Shown: positions 26,878 through 37,083 of the stretch, piece by piece | Layout: each line of letters starts with the position of its first letter | Numbering within the stretch: position 1 is the first letter of the stretch | Source: a virus | Length of the DNA stretch: 64,000 bases | Strand: one strand, 5' to 3' | IMG/VR virus record: IMGVR_UViG_3300042458_000756 | Location: 7,704 to 71,703 of that record | Position numbers and translations under genes: made by a program | The notes under the pieces: generated by a model | Databases searched by the model: none | The model's input: the letters and a program-made list of their open reading frames with translations, nothing else | What the model was told of the DNA's origin: nothing

Positions 26878-29091
26878 TTACCCAACCTGAATATAAATAT
26901 CTCCAGCAACCATTCCAGAAGCTGGTAGGACGCCAGTATTATTATAGAATGTTTTTGCTCCAACGGGAATTGTTGTTATTGATCCCAAAGAAACTAGTTG
27001 TCCATTAATTCCAACATAATTATTTGCAAGCATAACATTTGTAACTGTCGCTGTATCAGCTAAAGTAACTGCTGTTCCAGCAATTTTGCTTTTATCTATT
27101 GATGCTGATGCGCTTATATCTGTGTTTACTATTGTACCGTCTGCAATTTTTGCAGAAGTTATAGAGCTGTCTGCTATTGTTGTAGACAGTCCAGTTACTG
27201 TAGCACCAGAAAAATCTACTGTTCCAGTAAATACTGGTGATGCTTTAGTTGCATAGCTTGTTAAGTTTAATGTTGCCCATGAAGCAGATGTGCCATCTGT
27301 AGTTAAATATTTACCAGTGTTGTTAATTTGTGGTGGTAAGGCTGTAATTCCTGTTACCGTAGCACCAGAAAAATCTACTGTTCCAGTAAATACTGGTGAT
27401 GCTTTTGTAGCGTATGTTGTTGATGCAGTTGATATTGCCAACTTGGCATCTAATGCTGATTGGGTGGCTGTGGAAATTGGCTTTAGTGCATCTGTGGTAT
27501 TGTCTACGTTTCCGAGTCCCACCATTGATTTAGTAACACCAGAAACTGTTCCAGTAAATGTTGGAGAAGCAAGTGGCGCATATGTTGATGCGGCAGTTGC
27601 TGAGGATAGTTTAGTTCCAACTAATGTTGTTAATGCTGTTCCTGCTGTTTCATCTGTAGCAATATAATCTGCAATTTCTTTAAGGGTATCGAATGTGGCT
27701 GGTGCACCATTTACAACTGTAGCTATCTGGGAAGCAATGTCTGAAGTTCTTGCAATTGTTGATGGTATTACTGTGTCAAGAATTTTTCCACTAGTAACTC
27801 CAATTTTTGCATATCCTCCTGCTAAATCTGCATCCGCTTCCATTACATATCCGTCTAGTCTATTGTCTAGATTTGATATTGTTACAAAGTTATTTCCTAC
27901 ATATGTCATTATTTCATCTGTAGCGGCGTTAATGTTTACATATACGTCTGTAAATCTGGTATTGTTTGCAGCTGAAGCTCTTTCATTTGTAAAGTAAAGA
28001 TTTGTAGAGCCTTCTGCTACTGCATCAGTATTTCCAGAAAAAGTTGAACCACCGCCAGATCCTGTTGCGCCCGTAGCGCCAGTGGCTCCTTGTGGAATTG
28101 TAAAGTTTAGTATTGCTGCTGATGTTGTGCCTGAGTTTGTTACAGAAACAGATGAACCAGGTGTTCCTGTTGTAACAGAGCCAACTGTTATTGTTGCTGC
28201 GGTTCCAGGCGCTCCTGTAGGACCAGTATCTCCAGGTAAACCTTGTGGACCTGTTGCGCCCGTAGGACCAGTATCTCCAGGTAAACCTTGTGGACCTGTT
28301 GCGCCAGTGGCTCCAGTGGCTCCAGGTAAACCTTGTGGACCTGTTGCGCCAGTGGCTCCAGGTAAACCTTGTGGACCTGTTGCGCCAGTGGCTCCAGGTA
28401 AACCTTGTGGACCTGTTGCGCCAGTGGCTCCAGGTAAACCTTGTGGACCTGTTGCGCCCGTAGGACCAGTTGATCCACCACCAGAAGACAAACCAGAAAC
28501 TGCTGTTGATATTGCAGAGTTTCTATTTATTACTTCTGTTGCAATTGCGGAGTTTGTGTATGTAGCTGACAACGAAACAGCGTCTGCTTTGGCTGCAATT
28601 ACTTTTGCAGATGCATCGTCAGATGCTGCAGCTATTGCTTGTGTTTTTGCTGTTGCAATTGCTGCTGTTGTAGAAGATGCTTGTGTTGCAATAGCGGCGT
28701 TTCTATTTGTAGTTTCAGTTGCAATTGCAGAAGATATCGCTTCAGATACTGCATCAATTGCTCTTTGATTTGTAAAATACTTATTTGTTGAACCTTCTGT
28801 GATGGAGTTTGTAGTTAAAGCTGCTATTGCTGCTGCGAAATCTCCTCCTACTGATATTGAATCTGGTAGCTGAGATGAAGGAATTTTTCCAGAAGAGTTT
28901 AGTGTGGCTAGGCCATTGGCTTCTCCAGCTTTAAATGCATAGGAAGTTGTTGCATTCCATCTTGACCCATTACCAATTTTAAACTTTAGGCTGTCTGTTT
29001 CGATGCCTAATTCACCTGGTAATAATATAGGGTTGTTGGACACCCAGTTTGCTGCTGTGTCTCTTCTGAGTTGTATTCTTAATGATGCCAT
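26878..29091 (-). CDS. Fibre protein with Mtd_N-like N-terminus and collagen domain
   Basis: [29 protein letters not shown]; ([12 protein letters not shown])n; start placed at MASLRIQ. Confidence 0.8.
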   Translation of the reverse strand: MASLRIQLRRDTAANWVSNNPILLPGELGIETDSLKFKIGNGSRWNATTSYAFKAGEANGLATLNSSGKIPSSQLPDSISVGGDFAAAIAALTTNSITEGSTNKYFTNQRAIDAVSEAISSAIATETTNRNAAIATQASSTTAAIATAKTQAIAAASDDASAKVIAAKADAVSLSATYTNSAIATEVINRNSAISTAVSGLSSGGGSTGPTGATGPQGLPGATGATGPQGLPGATGATGPQGLPGATGATGPQGLPGATGATGATGPQGLPGDTGPTGATGPQGLPGDTGPTGAPGTAATITVGSVTTGTPGSSVSVTNSGTTSAAILNFTIPQGATGATGATGSGGGSTFSGNTDAVAEGSTNLYFTNERASAANNTRFTDVYVNINAATDEIMTYVGNNFVTISNLDNRLDGYVMEADADLAGGYAKIGVTSGKILDTVIPSTIARTSDIASQIATVVNGAPATFDTLKEIADYIATDETAGTALTTLVGTKLSSATAASTYAPLASPTFTGTVSGVTKSMVGLGNVDNTTDALKPISTATQSALDAKLAISTASTTYATKASPVFTGTVDFSGATVTGITALPPQINNTGKYLTTDGTSASWATLNLTSYATKASPVFTGTVDFSGATVTGLSTTIADSSITSAKIADGTIVNTDISASASIDKSKIAGTAVTLADTATVTNVMLANNYVGINGQLVSLGSITTIPVGAKTFYNNTGVLPASGMVAGDIYIQVG
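28200..28470 (-). repeat. 36-bp-period collagen repeat ([12 protein letters not shown] / [15 protein letters not shown])
   Basis: Near-identical ctccaggtaaaccttgtggacctgttgcgccagtgg units. Confidence 0.9.
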
Positions 29092-29092
29092 T

Positions 29093-29551
29093 TTATGAAC
29101 CTCCTGCATCAACAATTATACCATCGTTGTCTGCAGAACTTCCTCCTTCTAGAATTTCGTCTTGTACTTCTATAACACTGCCTTCTGGGTTTCCGCCATC
29201 AAGCAATGTTTGGTTTTCAAATGTTCCGCCTTGATTTGATATTGAAGGACTTTGTCCATCGTATCCGACTACAAGCGGCAATACTAGATTGGGAGAATCG
29301 GCAGTATTTGTTTCCTTAAATGTAATCTTATTCTGAACATCAATTGTATGAACATTTCCATCAAATGTATGGGTGTGCATGTAAAATGGTGTTGGATCTG
29401 TACTGGGAGGGGTTAGTTCTACCCAGACAATACCATTATATATTCTTAAATTCTTACTGACTACGTTAAAATAAATATCTCCGACTGTGGCTATATCAGG
29501 GTTCTCCATAGAAGTAAGAAGATTAAGTGCAACCTTCATTTGTCTGGACAT
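29093..29551 (-). CDS. Putative virion protein
   Basis: GDIYFN...LRIYNG..W motif; acidic DGG repeats. Confidence 0.55.
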   Translation of the reverse strand: MSRQMKVALNLLTSMENPDIATVGDIYFNVVSKNLRIYNGIVWVELTPPSTDPTPFYMHTHTFDGNVHTIDVQNKITFKETNTADSPNLVLPLVVGYDGQSPSISNQGGTFENQTLLDGGNPEGSVIEVQDEILEGGSSADNDGIIVDAGGS

Positions 29552-29555
29552 TTTA

Positions 29556-30740
29556 TTATCCTACAACTACTACTTTATATTCTCCAGCTGACGGGGCTAT
29601 TGCAAAGTCTACTGTTACTGTATTTGAGCTAGTTCTTTTTACATCAGCTTCGACTTGTGCAAATGGGGATGCCGCTTCAAATATTTGAACTGTTACATCG
29701 GCTGTGCCTAAGTTGTGTGTTATTGTATAGGATGTGGCAGATGCACCAAGTGTTTCTGCATACTTTCTAGCAATTGCATGGTAGGCTGTTCCATTATTAG
29801 TTAATGTCCATGTATCAGATGTTTCATTCCATAGAATTTCTACGTCTGTCTCTAGTCCACGCTCTACTGTTATTCCTGCGTCTGTTGTTGGGGTGCCAGC
29901 AAAATTACTATTTAGTTTTACCTTATTATCTTCAATATTAATCTGTGTTGTGTTTACAGAGTTAACGGTTCCAATAACATTTAAGTTTCCACCAACTTGT
30001 AAGTTACCAGTAATTTCTACGTTGTCTGGCAAGCCTACTGTTACGGCTGCATTGTGTCCACTATTTGGAGAAACAGTAACTTCGTTTGCTGTTCCAATAA
30101 TAGTTGCTACATAGTCGCCTGTTGTTTGTGAATCTAAATTAATATCTTTTACGGTTACTACGCCTGCATTTACATTAAAGTCTGCTGCATCAAAAGAAGC
30201 AATACCTTTATTTGTTGTAGATGCATCTTCCCCAGAAATTGTAATCGTGTTGTTTGTTACAGCAACATCAATTCCTTCTCCGCCATTTACAGCCAATCCT
30301 TCTGTAAGAAGAGATATCGCGGTAGTTCCAGTGTCTCCAGTTATTGAAAGATCAGTTGCAACATTTACTTCGCTGGCAGCAGTTAGTCTACCTTGCTGAT
30401 CTACTGTAAATGTAGGTATCTTTGTTTGTGATCCATATGTTCCAGCAGTTACTGCTGTGTCGTCTAAATCTAATGTTGTTACGCCTGATGAATCTGAGTA
30501 AGTTCCTGTTAATCCAACTCCGCCAGCAATAGAGGAACCAATTAAATCTTGAATTACTTCAGTAGATCCAGATGTTGGTGTCCACTCTGTTCCGTTGTAG
30601 AAATAAAGTACATGTGTTCCTGTATCAAAGTAAATTTGACCAGCAACTGGTGATGAAGGGGCAGCCCCTAAATTTTGGATTCTAGCATTAAGGAGCTCAT
30701 TCTTATTGAGATCAATGCTAACTAAAAACTTTTTTGCCAT
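29556..30740 (-). CDS. Fibre/virion structural protein
   Basis: GQIYFDT, VTAGTYGS..IPTFTVDQQGRLTAAS and C-terminal ITHNLG domain. Confidence 0.7.
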   Translation of the reverse strand: MAKKFLVSIDLNKNELLNARIQNLGAAPSSPVAGQIYFDTGTHVLYFYNGTEWTPTSGSTEVIQDLIGSSIAGGVGLTGTYSDSSGVTTLDLDDTAVTAGTYGSQTKIPTFTVDQQGRLTAASEVNVATDLSITGDTGTTAISLLTEGLAVNGGEGIDVAVTNNTITISGEDASTTNKGIASFDAADFNVNAGVVTVKDINLDSQTTGDYVATIIGTANEVTVSPNSGHNAAVTVGLPDNVEITGNLQVGGNLNVIGTVNSVNTTQINIEDNKVKLNSNFAGTPTTDAGITVERGLETDVEILWNETSDTWTLTNNGTAYHAIARKYAETLGASATSYTITHNLGTADVTVQIFEAASPFAQVEADVKRTSSNTVTVDFAIAPSAGEYKVVVVG

Positions 30741-30752
30741 TTTCTTTCTCCT

Positions 30753-31187
30753 TTATGACAGATATGCTGTCCCTGAAAACGGTTGCGCCATAGTCAGTGT
30801 TATTTGATTAATACTATTATAGTCTATTCCAGTTTCTAATATGTCTCCAGCGCTGGACTTCACGGTTACATTTGGGTTGAACCCAAGATTATGATTTATC
30901 CGAACTGAATATATGCCATTGACTGGGCCAGTTACTTGTGCCATTTCCCATGGATAGGTCAAAGAAATTTGTTTATCCAGGATAAAGCTATTGTTTATAT
31001 TCCAGGTATTTGTTGCAGCTTTGGGACCCCAAAACCTTGTTGTGTTTGTATCAAAATAAAAGTCTCCTGGCACTCCCAATGTGTTGTCTGGGTTTCCGCC
31101 TCCACTTATTATTGTTCTTCCAGGGGCTCCAGTAGACCTTACTACAACAAGTGGGTTGTTTTCTGTGACTATTAACCTTGTTGCCAT
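30753..31187 (-). CDS. Virion structural protein
   Basis: GDFYFDT...FWGPK and INHNLGFNPNVTV...FSGTAYLS. Confidence 0.65.
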   Translation of the reverse strand: MATRLIVTENNPLVVVRSTGAPGRTIISGGGNPDNTLGVPGDFYFDTNTTRFWGPKAATNTWNINNSFILDKQISLTYPWEMAQVTGPVNGIYSVRINHNLGFNPNVTVKSSAGDILETGIDYNSINQITLTMAQPFSGTAYLS

Positions 31188-31531
31188 TATACTGTTACCG
31201 CCCTATTTAATGTCATATATCCTTCTAATAATCTTGTCTTATTGACACTAGGATCAACCAGCACAAGATCGTATGCAGATTTTGGGAAAAACATTTTGTT
31301 TGTTCTATCTGCAGATATCGATATTTGTATTTTGCCTTCTACTGGACTTATGGTTAGTCCGTCTTGTTCTGTTAATGTAAACGCTAGCTTTTTTCCGCCT
31401 TGAGTATCTCTAACTTGAAGTTTTGCTGTGTGGTTATGAAGCTGAATGGGTGTTTGATCTTCGTCTAGGTATTGAACCTCAAACGTAAACGTTGTATTTT
31501 GATCAACTTCAAAATTCTTTTGCGCTGCCAC
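31187..31531 (-). CDS. BppU-N-like small Ig-fold virion protein
   Basis: VDQNTTF, AKLQVR, AYDLVL, RLLEG pattern. Confidence 0.6.
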   Translation of the reverse strand: MAAQKNFEVDQNTTFTFEVQYLDEDQTPIQLHNHTAKLQVRDTQGGKKLAFTLTEQDGLTISPVEGKIQISISADRTNKMFFPKSAYDLVLVDPSVNKTRLLEGYMTLNRAVTV

Positions 31532-31599
31532 ATTTACCCCTAAATTAGAAAAGCCCTTATGCCAATTTTAGCATAAGGACCTTCCCAATCAACTACAAC

Positions 31600-31839
31600 T
31601 TAGGCTTTGTTGACAAATCCAAAATTCTTATCGTTTGGATTTAATGCCTTTAAAATTACGGGTGCGACTGCTGCAACTCCGCCGAGCAATAAATCTCTAG
31701 GATTTGTATTGCCTGTCATATATAGCGCTAATGCTGCTGAAAGAAATGCTCTTCCGTAGCTTGCTAATGCTGCTAGTATCTGTTCTTGCATAGTTACCTT
31801 TCCATCTTTATTTAAATCTGCTTTTGCAAATTTAGCCAT
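31600..31839 (-). CDS. Putative holin with N-terminal EF-hand-like loop
   Basis: Two hydrophobic segments, LASYGRAF...ILKALNP.D..FG; DLNKDGKVTMQE at the N-terminus. Confidence 0.6.
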   Translation of the reverse strand: MAKFAKADLNKDGKVTMQEQILAALASYGRAFLSAALALYMTGNTNPRDLLLGGVAAVAPVILKALNPNDKNFGFVNKA

Positions 31840-31908
31840 TTTATTATCTCCTTGTGGGCAATTTGCCCTTGGAATTTTCGGCCTTGGCCGAATACTATAA
31901 TTCTACCA

Positions 31909-33843
31909 CTATGCTGAAATATCTACAAGCTCGCAATTACCGTCTGAGCTACAGGCAAGGGTGGCAGAGGGTGAAGTTCCATCTTCTGTCTCATAAAATG
32001 AAAGGTCTTCCCATCTAATGCTCTTTGGCATTTTCCCCAAAAGGCTTTCATATTCTTCTTTTGAAACCTCTTGATATGGCGCCTGCTTGTATGTGTGGTC
32101 TGAGTGAGGAAGGAAAGAAATTCCAGAAACCTCGTCAAAATTCTTATATACCCAAGCGCCAACTTCCATCCACTCTTCTTCTTTTACAGAAACAGTAATA
32201 GATGGCTTGTGCTCACACCATGCACGTTGATAAACTAGCCAAATGTCTAAGTGCTGAATAGCAGTTAAGTCGTTTCTAACAATTGAGCCTTCTGGTGCTT
32301 TTACTGGAAACGAAAAAACATATGTTTCGTTTGGCTTCATTACATCATCTTCTACTGGGATGCCGACTTCCTTTAAAAATGTAGAAATTGGATCCCCTTT
32401 TGAGCCACGAACAGTACGAATGTAATATGGTGAATGCCATGGGTGCATTCCTGAAGATACTCCAACTAATTGAGATACCGTTCCTGAAGGTTTTACGCAT
32501 GTAATAGCTGCTGACTCTGGGATTCCAATTTTTCCAGATTCTTCTCTGTTAATCTCTCTTGCTTTTTCACGCAATGTCATTAGAAATGACTCAAGCATAA
32601 CTATATCTTCTTTGCCAGACATAAATTTGTGACCAAACTGTCCAGTCAATGAAACTCCAAGAAGTCTTTCTTCTTCTGTGTTGTCTTTCCAAATTTTACG
32701 AAGATACTTAAAGTCTGTTAGGGTTGATTGCCAAGTCCCAAGAATTGTTGCAAGCTCAACTTTGCGCTGGATGTCTTTCTTTGTATCGTTTTCACGTAAT
32801 ACAACTTCTGAAAGGTTACAAAACTGATAAGGACGTAAAATAATTTCTGAACACGGGTTAGTTCCGTAGTGTATATCTGGATCTCTTCTTCCAAACTTTG
32901 ATGCTTGGGCTTGAGCTGCGGCCACATTGTATATGCCTCGCTCTCCTGATTTTGAGTCATATAAAGATTTCCATTCTGCAATAAATTGCTCCATCTGTGG
33001 CTTTCTTGAATATGCAACAGAATTGTTTGACAAAGCACGTTGTGGGCTTTGCTCCCACCAATTTCCTGATTTGGCTTGAGCCATTTCAATGTCATTAATA
33101 TTTGAAAGAGATATCATTGCTGATCTGCGAACCCCTCCAACTACAACAACCTCACCAATCTTGCACATAATGTCATGGCATTCAATTGGCTTTAAATTTC
33201 TTCCTGCAGCGTTCTTAAACTTTGCAATTGTAAAATCAAATAGATTAATAAGCGGCTGTGGTCCTGAAGACCTTCCACCCATGGTCTTTAATCTTGCGCC
33301 TGCGGGACGAACTTTAGAAACATCAATAGCTGGAATATGTCCAGTCCAAAGTAAAGCAAGCAATTCACGATAAGCTTTTGCCCAACCTTGTTTTGAATCT
33401 TCAACAACAATTACTGTGTCTGATTTTTCAAGTTTCTCTGGGACTGACGGGAGCTTGTTAATATATTTATATTCTACTGAGAATCCGACACCAGTTCCAC
33501 ACATAAGAACATACATTGTTTCATCAAATGAGCGGGGAGAATCAACTGGAAGAAAAGCACAGTTGTATCCAGCCACATTATCTCTTTCTAGAGCAGCACC
33601 TGAAGTCATTACTGATCTCATAGATGGCATTACATTTCGTTCAAAAACAAACTCTTTTAATTCCGCAACTAGCTTTTCATTTGGAATATAATTATAGTTT
33701 GTTTTTAAATGATTAGTCATAAAGTTAAAGTATCTATCTACTGTTTCTCCCCATGTTTCTCTACGACCTTCTGTTTCTACCCATTTTGCATATCTAGATA
33801 GAGCAATAAAGTTTTCATAAGGATTTTCAATAGTTTGTGACAT
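31909..33843 (-). CDS. nrdJ: Class II (B12-dependent) ribonucleotide reductase
   Basis: RRETWGETVDRY, YNCAF, GGVRRSAMI, GTNPCSEI, TCVKPSGT and C-terminal Cys pair; no small-subunit gene nearby. Confidence 0.93.
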   Translation of the reverse strand: MSQTIENPYENFIALSRYAKWVETEGRRETWGETVDRYFNFMTNHLKTNYNYIPNEKLVAELKEFVFERNVMPSMRSVMTSGAALERDNVAGYNCAFLPVDSPRSFDETMYVLMCGTGVGFSVEYKYINKLPSVPEKLEKSDTVIVVEDSKQGWAKAYRELLALLWTGHIPAIDVSKVRPAGARLKTMGGRSSGPQPLINLFDFTIAKFKNAAGRNLKPIECHDIMCKIGEVVVVGGVRRSAMISLSNINDIEMAQAKSGNWWEQSPQRALSNNSVAYSRKPQMEQFIAEWKSLYDSKSGERGIYNVAAAQAQASKFGRRDPDIHYGTNPCSEIILRPYQFCNLSEVVLRENDTKKDIQRKVELATILGTWQSTLTDFKYLRKIWKDNTEEERLLGVSLTGQFGHKFMSGKEDIVMLESFLMTLREKAREINREESGKIGIPESAAITCVKPSGTVSQLVGVSSGMHPWHSPYYIRTVRGSKGDPISTFLKEVGIPVEDDVMKPNETYVFSFPVKAPEGSIVRNDLTAIQHLDIWLVYQRAWCEHKPSITVSVKEEEWMEVGAWVYKNFDEVSGISFLPHSDHTYKQAPYQEVSKEEYESLLGKMPKSIRWEDLSFYETEDGTSPSATLACSSDGNCELVDISA

Positions 33844-34039
33844 TTACTATACGACCTTTTCTCCGCCTTGCGGTGCTAATTTTAAGTGAAGTCCTAGTGT
33901 ATCAAACTTTTATTTAATGGTCTAGGGGTTAAAAATATTTTTAAAAATATCATTATGTGAGATAGTGTTTTGGTCAACTAACTTGACAGATCTTTGTATT
34001 TAATGATACTCTTAGAGTTCGTTATCTCTATAGGAGGAA

Positions 34040-34594
34040 ATGCCAATGGAGAATATAAAGCAACAGTTTAGCGATTTAGTTCGTGACTGGACAATAATAG
34101 CAGTGACAACACTGTTTTTGTTTTCTGGACAACCATCATCTAGCGCTTTAACTGTAGTAGCACCTTTAGTGAAAACTGAAGCCCAATTAAAGCAAGAAGT
34201 CTTAGATAGCTTTAGTAAAGAAATTTACAAACCATCTGAGATGCTTACAGACAAAGAGTTAAAACTATTACTTGAGACTGTAGGATTCGAAGGAGTAGGC
34301 CTTAAAAAAGCTTGGTCCATAGCAAAGCGTGAATCTAATGGAAGACCGCTTGCATATAACGGGAATAGGAATACAGGAGACAGTTCTTACGGACTGTTTC
34401 AGATAAACATGATTGGAAATCTTGGTCCTACAAGACTTGAGAAATTTAATCTACAGAGTAACAAAGAGTTATTCGACCCAGTAACAAACGCAGAGATAAC
34501 GTACTATATGACTAATGGCGGTATTGATTGGTCAGCTTGGAAGGGTATGACCCCAAGAGCTAAGGAATTTTTATTAAAATTTCCGACAAAGTAA
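34040..34594 (+). CDS. Exported lysozyme-like/SLT lytic transglycosylase
   Basis: N-terminal hydrophobic segment; IAKRES, SYGLFQIN, LFDP..NA, WSAW motifs. Confidence 0.85.
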   Translation: MPMENIKQQFSDLVRDWTIIAVTTLFLFSGQPSSSALTVVAPLVKTEAQLKQEVLDSFSKEIYKPSEMLTDKELKLLLETVGFEGVGLKKAWSIAKRESNGRPLAYNGNRNTGDSSYGLFQINMIGNLGPTRLEKFNLQSNKELFDPVTNAEITYYMTNGGIDWSAWKGMTPRAKEFLLKFPTK

Positions 34595-34604
34595 AGGAGA
34601 TGGG

Positions 34605-34814
34605 ATGAGGATACAATACGTATCAACCTACATCTCCATGTCAGAAGAAGGATTGGTTGAAAAGCTTTTATGCCCAGTAGACCAATCCATTCTTTTTTGT
34701 AATCAGACTATTTCAGATGAGGTATACTTATATTGCCTATCTTGTGAGTATAAAAAAGCATTAGGGCTAGCAACTTATCAGAATATAGTTGCTCAGGTGG
34801 ATAAAAATGTGTAA
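34605..34814 (+). CDS. Small Zn-ribbon-like protein
   Basis: CPVD...CLSC; AGGAG RBS. Confidence 0.6.
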   Translation: MRIQYVSTYISMSEEGLVEKLLCPVDQSILFCNQTISDEVYLYCLSCEYKKALGLATYQNIVAQVDKNV

Positions 34815-34897
34815 AGAAGAATGTATTTGTAAATTAGAAACTGAGTCTGCTCCAATTCAAGTGACAGACGCAATGGGTAGAGAGGTTTTTTGGCTAG

Positions 34898-35116
34898 ATG
34901 CAGGAAGACCAGAAGGACAATAATATATCAACCTCTGATTTAGAGGATAATTTACCTATGGTAACTTATATAATGCTTCACAGAATATATGACGTATTGA
35001 CGCTATTGGCAAATAAAGTTGTCGGTGGAGAAGATACTCAAAAAATGGTAGAATATCATAACCAGGGCTATCTGCTTGGACCAGCCCCATCATTTAAACC
35101 AAACGAGGAAGAATAA
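34898..35116 (+). CDS. Hypothetical protein
   Basis: ORF in operon. Confidence 0.6.
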   Translation: MQEDQKDNNISTSDLEDNLPMVTYIMLHRIYDVLTLLANKVVGGEDTQKMVEYHNQGYLLGPAPSFKPNEEE

Positions 35117-35117
35117 A

Positions 35118-35306
35118 ATGGAAAAAGAAAAAGTAGTGCTTTTAATGCTTGAAAAATTAAACAATGACACACGATTTGCTGGCGTATCTAGCGGAGCAGA
35201 TATTGCAGACGTAGAACAACAAATAATTAAAAACCAGCCGTTCCTTGAATGGCAAATGGGTAACATGTACGACACTCTTGTTGAAAAAGGTATTATTATT
35301 CCTTGA
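35118..35306 (+). CDS. Hypothetical protein
   Basis: Start at MEKEKVV after GAGG, abutting the previous stop. Confidence 0.6.
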   Translation: MEKEKVVLLMLEKLNNDTRFAGVSSGADIADVEQQIIKNQPFLEWQMGNMYDTLVEKGIIIP

Positions 35307-35336
35307 CATTAAATCTTTATTAACTTATAATAAAGT

Positions 35337-35403
35337 GTTGGTTGAGATTATTCTCCCAATTGTAAAGCCCCCTTTTGGATCCGCCTCCGAAGGGGGTTTT
35401 TTA
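35337..35403 (+). ncRNA. Candidate small RNA (about 65 nt, two hairpins)
   Basis: TTGACA(35303)-17-TATAAT(35326) promoter, no ORF, ends in a GC stem plus T-run. Confidence 0.5.
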
Positions 35404-35430
35404 CATCTCTGGTGGTATAATAATTATATA

Positions 35431-35589
35431 ATGGCAAGGGACCACTTTTCGCAAGCATCAAGGAATCCTAGGTATAACAGCAGTTTTTATAAAAACCAGG
35501 AGTCTAAAGAAGCCACGTCGGAAATCAAAATTGAATTATTTTTTTTAAAAATATTTTCTAAACTAAAAAGAATGGCTGGCAAAAAATAA
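35431..35589 (+). CDS. Small basic hypothetical protein
   Basis: MARDHFSQ..., TGGTATAAT just upstream, TAATG coupling to the next gene. Confidence 0.55.
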   Translation: MARDHFSQASRNPRYNSSFYKNQESKEATSEIKIELFFLKIFSKLKRMAGKK

Positions 35590-36428
35590 TGTTTACAGAT
35601 AATCCAAACGTTGAGCAAATAGCAGACCAGGTCTGGGTATATAGAAACTTTATAACAGAAGAAGAAAACGAAACTATACTGCGTCTTATGAAAGAGCATG
35701 AAGAGTCATACAAAGACTCTAAAGATGCGTTTATTTTTGAAGATCAGTATATAGACTGGTACAAGGACAAAACTGGACCACTGATGCCAGAGCTTAAGCC
35801 AATATGGGACAGAATATCTATGTTGATATATCCAGAACATTACATCCACCCACAGCTTTTTGTAAATGTTATGCGTCCTGGAGATGACGGAATGTTTGTA
35901 CACGCAGATAGCCCTGGCATGAATATGGAACACGATTTAACACAGCTAGACCGATGGTCAACATGCTGCAGACTTAGCCATGGAATTGTTGCTTATTTGG
36001 GAAATTACGAAGGCGGAGAAATATTTTACCCAAACATAGAAAAAGACGGCACAGTTAAGGATCGACCAGGAGACCCAGATGATTGCCTTCAGGTAAATGT
36101 TAGACCTAGAGATATTGCAATACATGGAGCCACTCACCCTTGGGAACACGGAGTAAGGCAAATAACTAGTGGGATTAGATTTGCTTATTCAAACTTCTGT
36201 ATGGAAAAAGAACACGCACCAGGAACTTATGAATTGTTTAACCCAGACAAGCACCCTTTGATGTCGGACCCAGAAGAGATTAAACTTTGGAACAATACTG
36301 TTTATCCTGAAACAACATTTTGCAAAAAGAAATGTATTTGTGGTCAATCAGCAGATTTTCCTTATTGCGATAACACCCACAAGATTATTAATAAGAAGAA
36401 ACAAGAAGAAGGCAATTCAGACATTTAG
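35589..36428 (+). CDS. 2OG-Fe(II) oxygenase fused to a CDGSH-type Fe-S domain
   Basis: HAD...YEGGEI...WEHGV...RF; C-terminal CICGQSADFPYCDNTH. Confidence 0.85.
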   Translation: MFTDNPNVEQIADQVWVYRNFITEEENETILRLMKEHEESYKDSKDAFIFEDQYIDWYKDKTGPLMPELKPIWDRISMLIYPEHYIHPQLFVNVMRPGDDGMFVHADSPGMNMEHDLTQLDRWSTCCRLSHGIVAYLGNYEGGEIFYPNIEKDGTVKDRPGDPDDCLQVNVRPRDIAIHGATHPWEHGVRQITSGIRFAYSNFCMEKEHAPGTYELFNPDKHPLMSDPEEIKLWNNTVYPETTFCKKKCICGQSADFPYCDNTHKIINKKKQEEGNSDI

Positions 36429-36483
36429 TGCGAAAGTGCAAAAGTGAAAAAATTGAAGTGCGGCGGCGGTAGAAGAACCCATT

Positions 36484-36753
36484 TTAGAATTTAGCATCAT
36501 ACAGGGGATCTCCACTATATTCGTATATTAGATTCATTAATAATAAACAGCTTGTATGCGATTCTAAGTACCATATGTCACATACCCCTGAACTTGCATT
36601 CAAACATTCCTCTAATCGGCTCTTGAGACCTTTTAAGACCCATTCTAGCGAAGACCTAGCCATAAGATTGTTAGCTTCAAAATAATTATTTTCTTGATAT
36701 CGAACTTCGGCTAGATATTTCGCTAACTTGTCCGATATGTCCTTATTTATCAA
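36484..36753 (-). CDS. Hypothetical protein
   Basis: 89-aa ORF only. Confidence 0.5.
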   Translation of the reverse strand: MINKDISDKLAKYLAEVRYQENNYFEANNLMARSSLEWVLKGLKSRLEECLNASSGVCDIWYLESHTSCLLLMNLIYEYSGDPLYDAKF

Positions 36754-37083
36754 AATAGACCTATTACGACATATATAGCAATTAAGCTGAAGATTTGTAA
36801 AGCTCTATAGACTGGGAAGTTCATCGTCTATGTCCTCATTTAGGTCAAAATCAAAGATTTCTCTTTCCCCCGCCCAATTTAGAAATTTAGACAATGCAAG
36901 TCCTGAAAGGATTGCTGTCGCAATTAGACTTATCAATGCCCATAACTTCTTCATATATATCCTAGTTGACTGAGATTATTAGTATCGATATCATGATTAC
37001 TAATAGAATACAAATTGATCTTACTTTTTTTCTTCTTGGCCATTCTTGAGGTACTTTTACATTATTCATTTTCTACTCCATTG

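Noticed and set aside
6494-28768. Long plus-strand ORFs (6507, 12067, 18801, 20677, 23325, 28082) and alternative-frame Gln/Leu-rich ORFs
   Set aside because: Shadows of repetitive Ala/Gly/Pro-rich minus-strand genes, with no RBS or domain evidence; the same applies to 60244..60993
19842-29091. Diversity-generating retroelement suggested by Mtd_N-like domains
   Set aside because: No reverse transcriptase in the window, and the shared repeats found are identical rather than adenine-specific TR/VR pairs
31909-33843. Intein or intron in the ribonucleotide reductase
   Set aside because: Continuous 644-aa ORF with motifs at ordinary spacing
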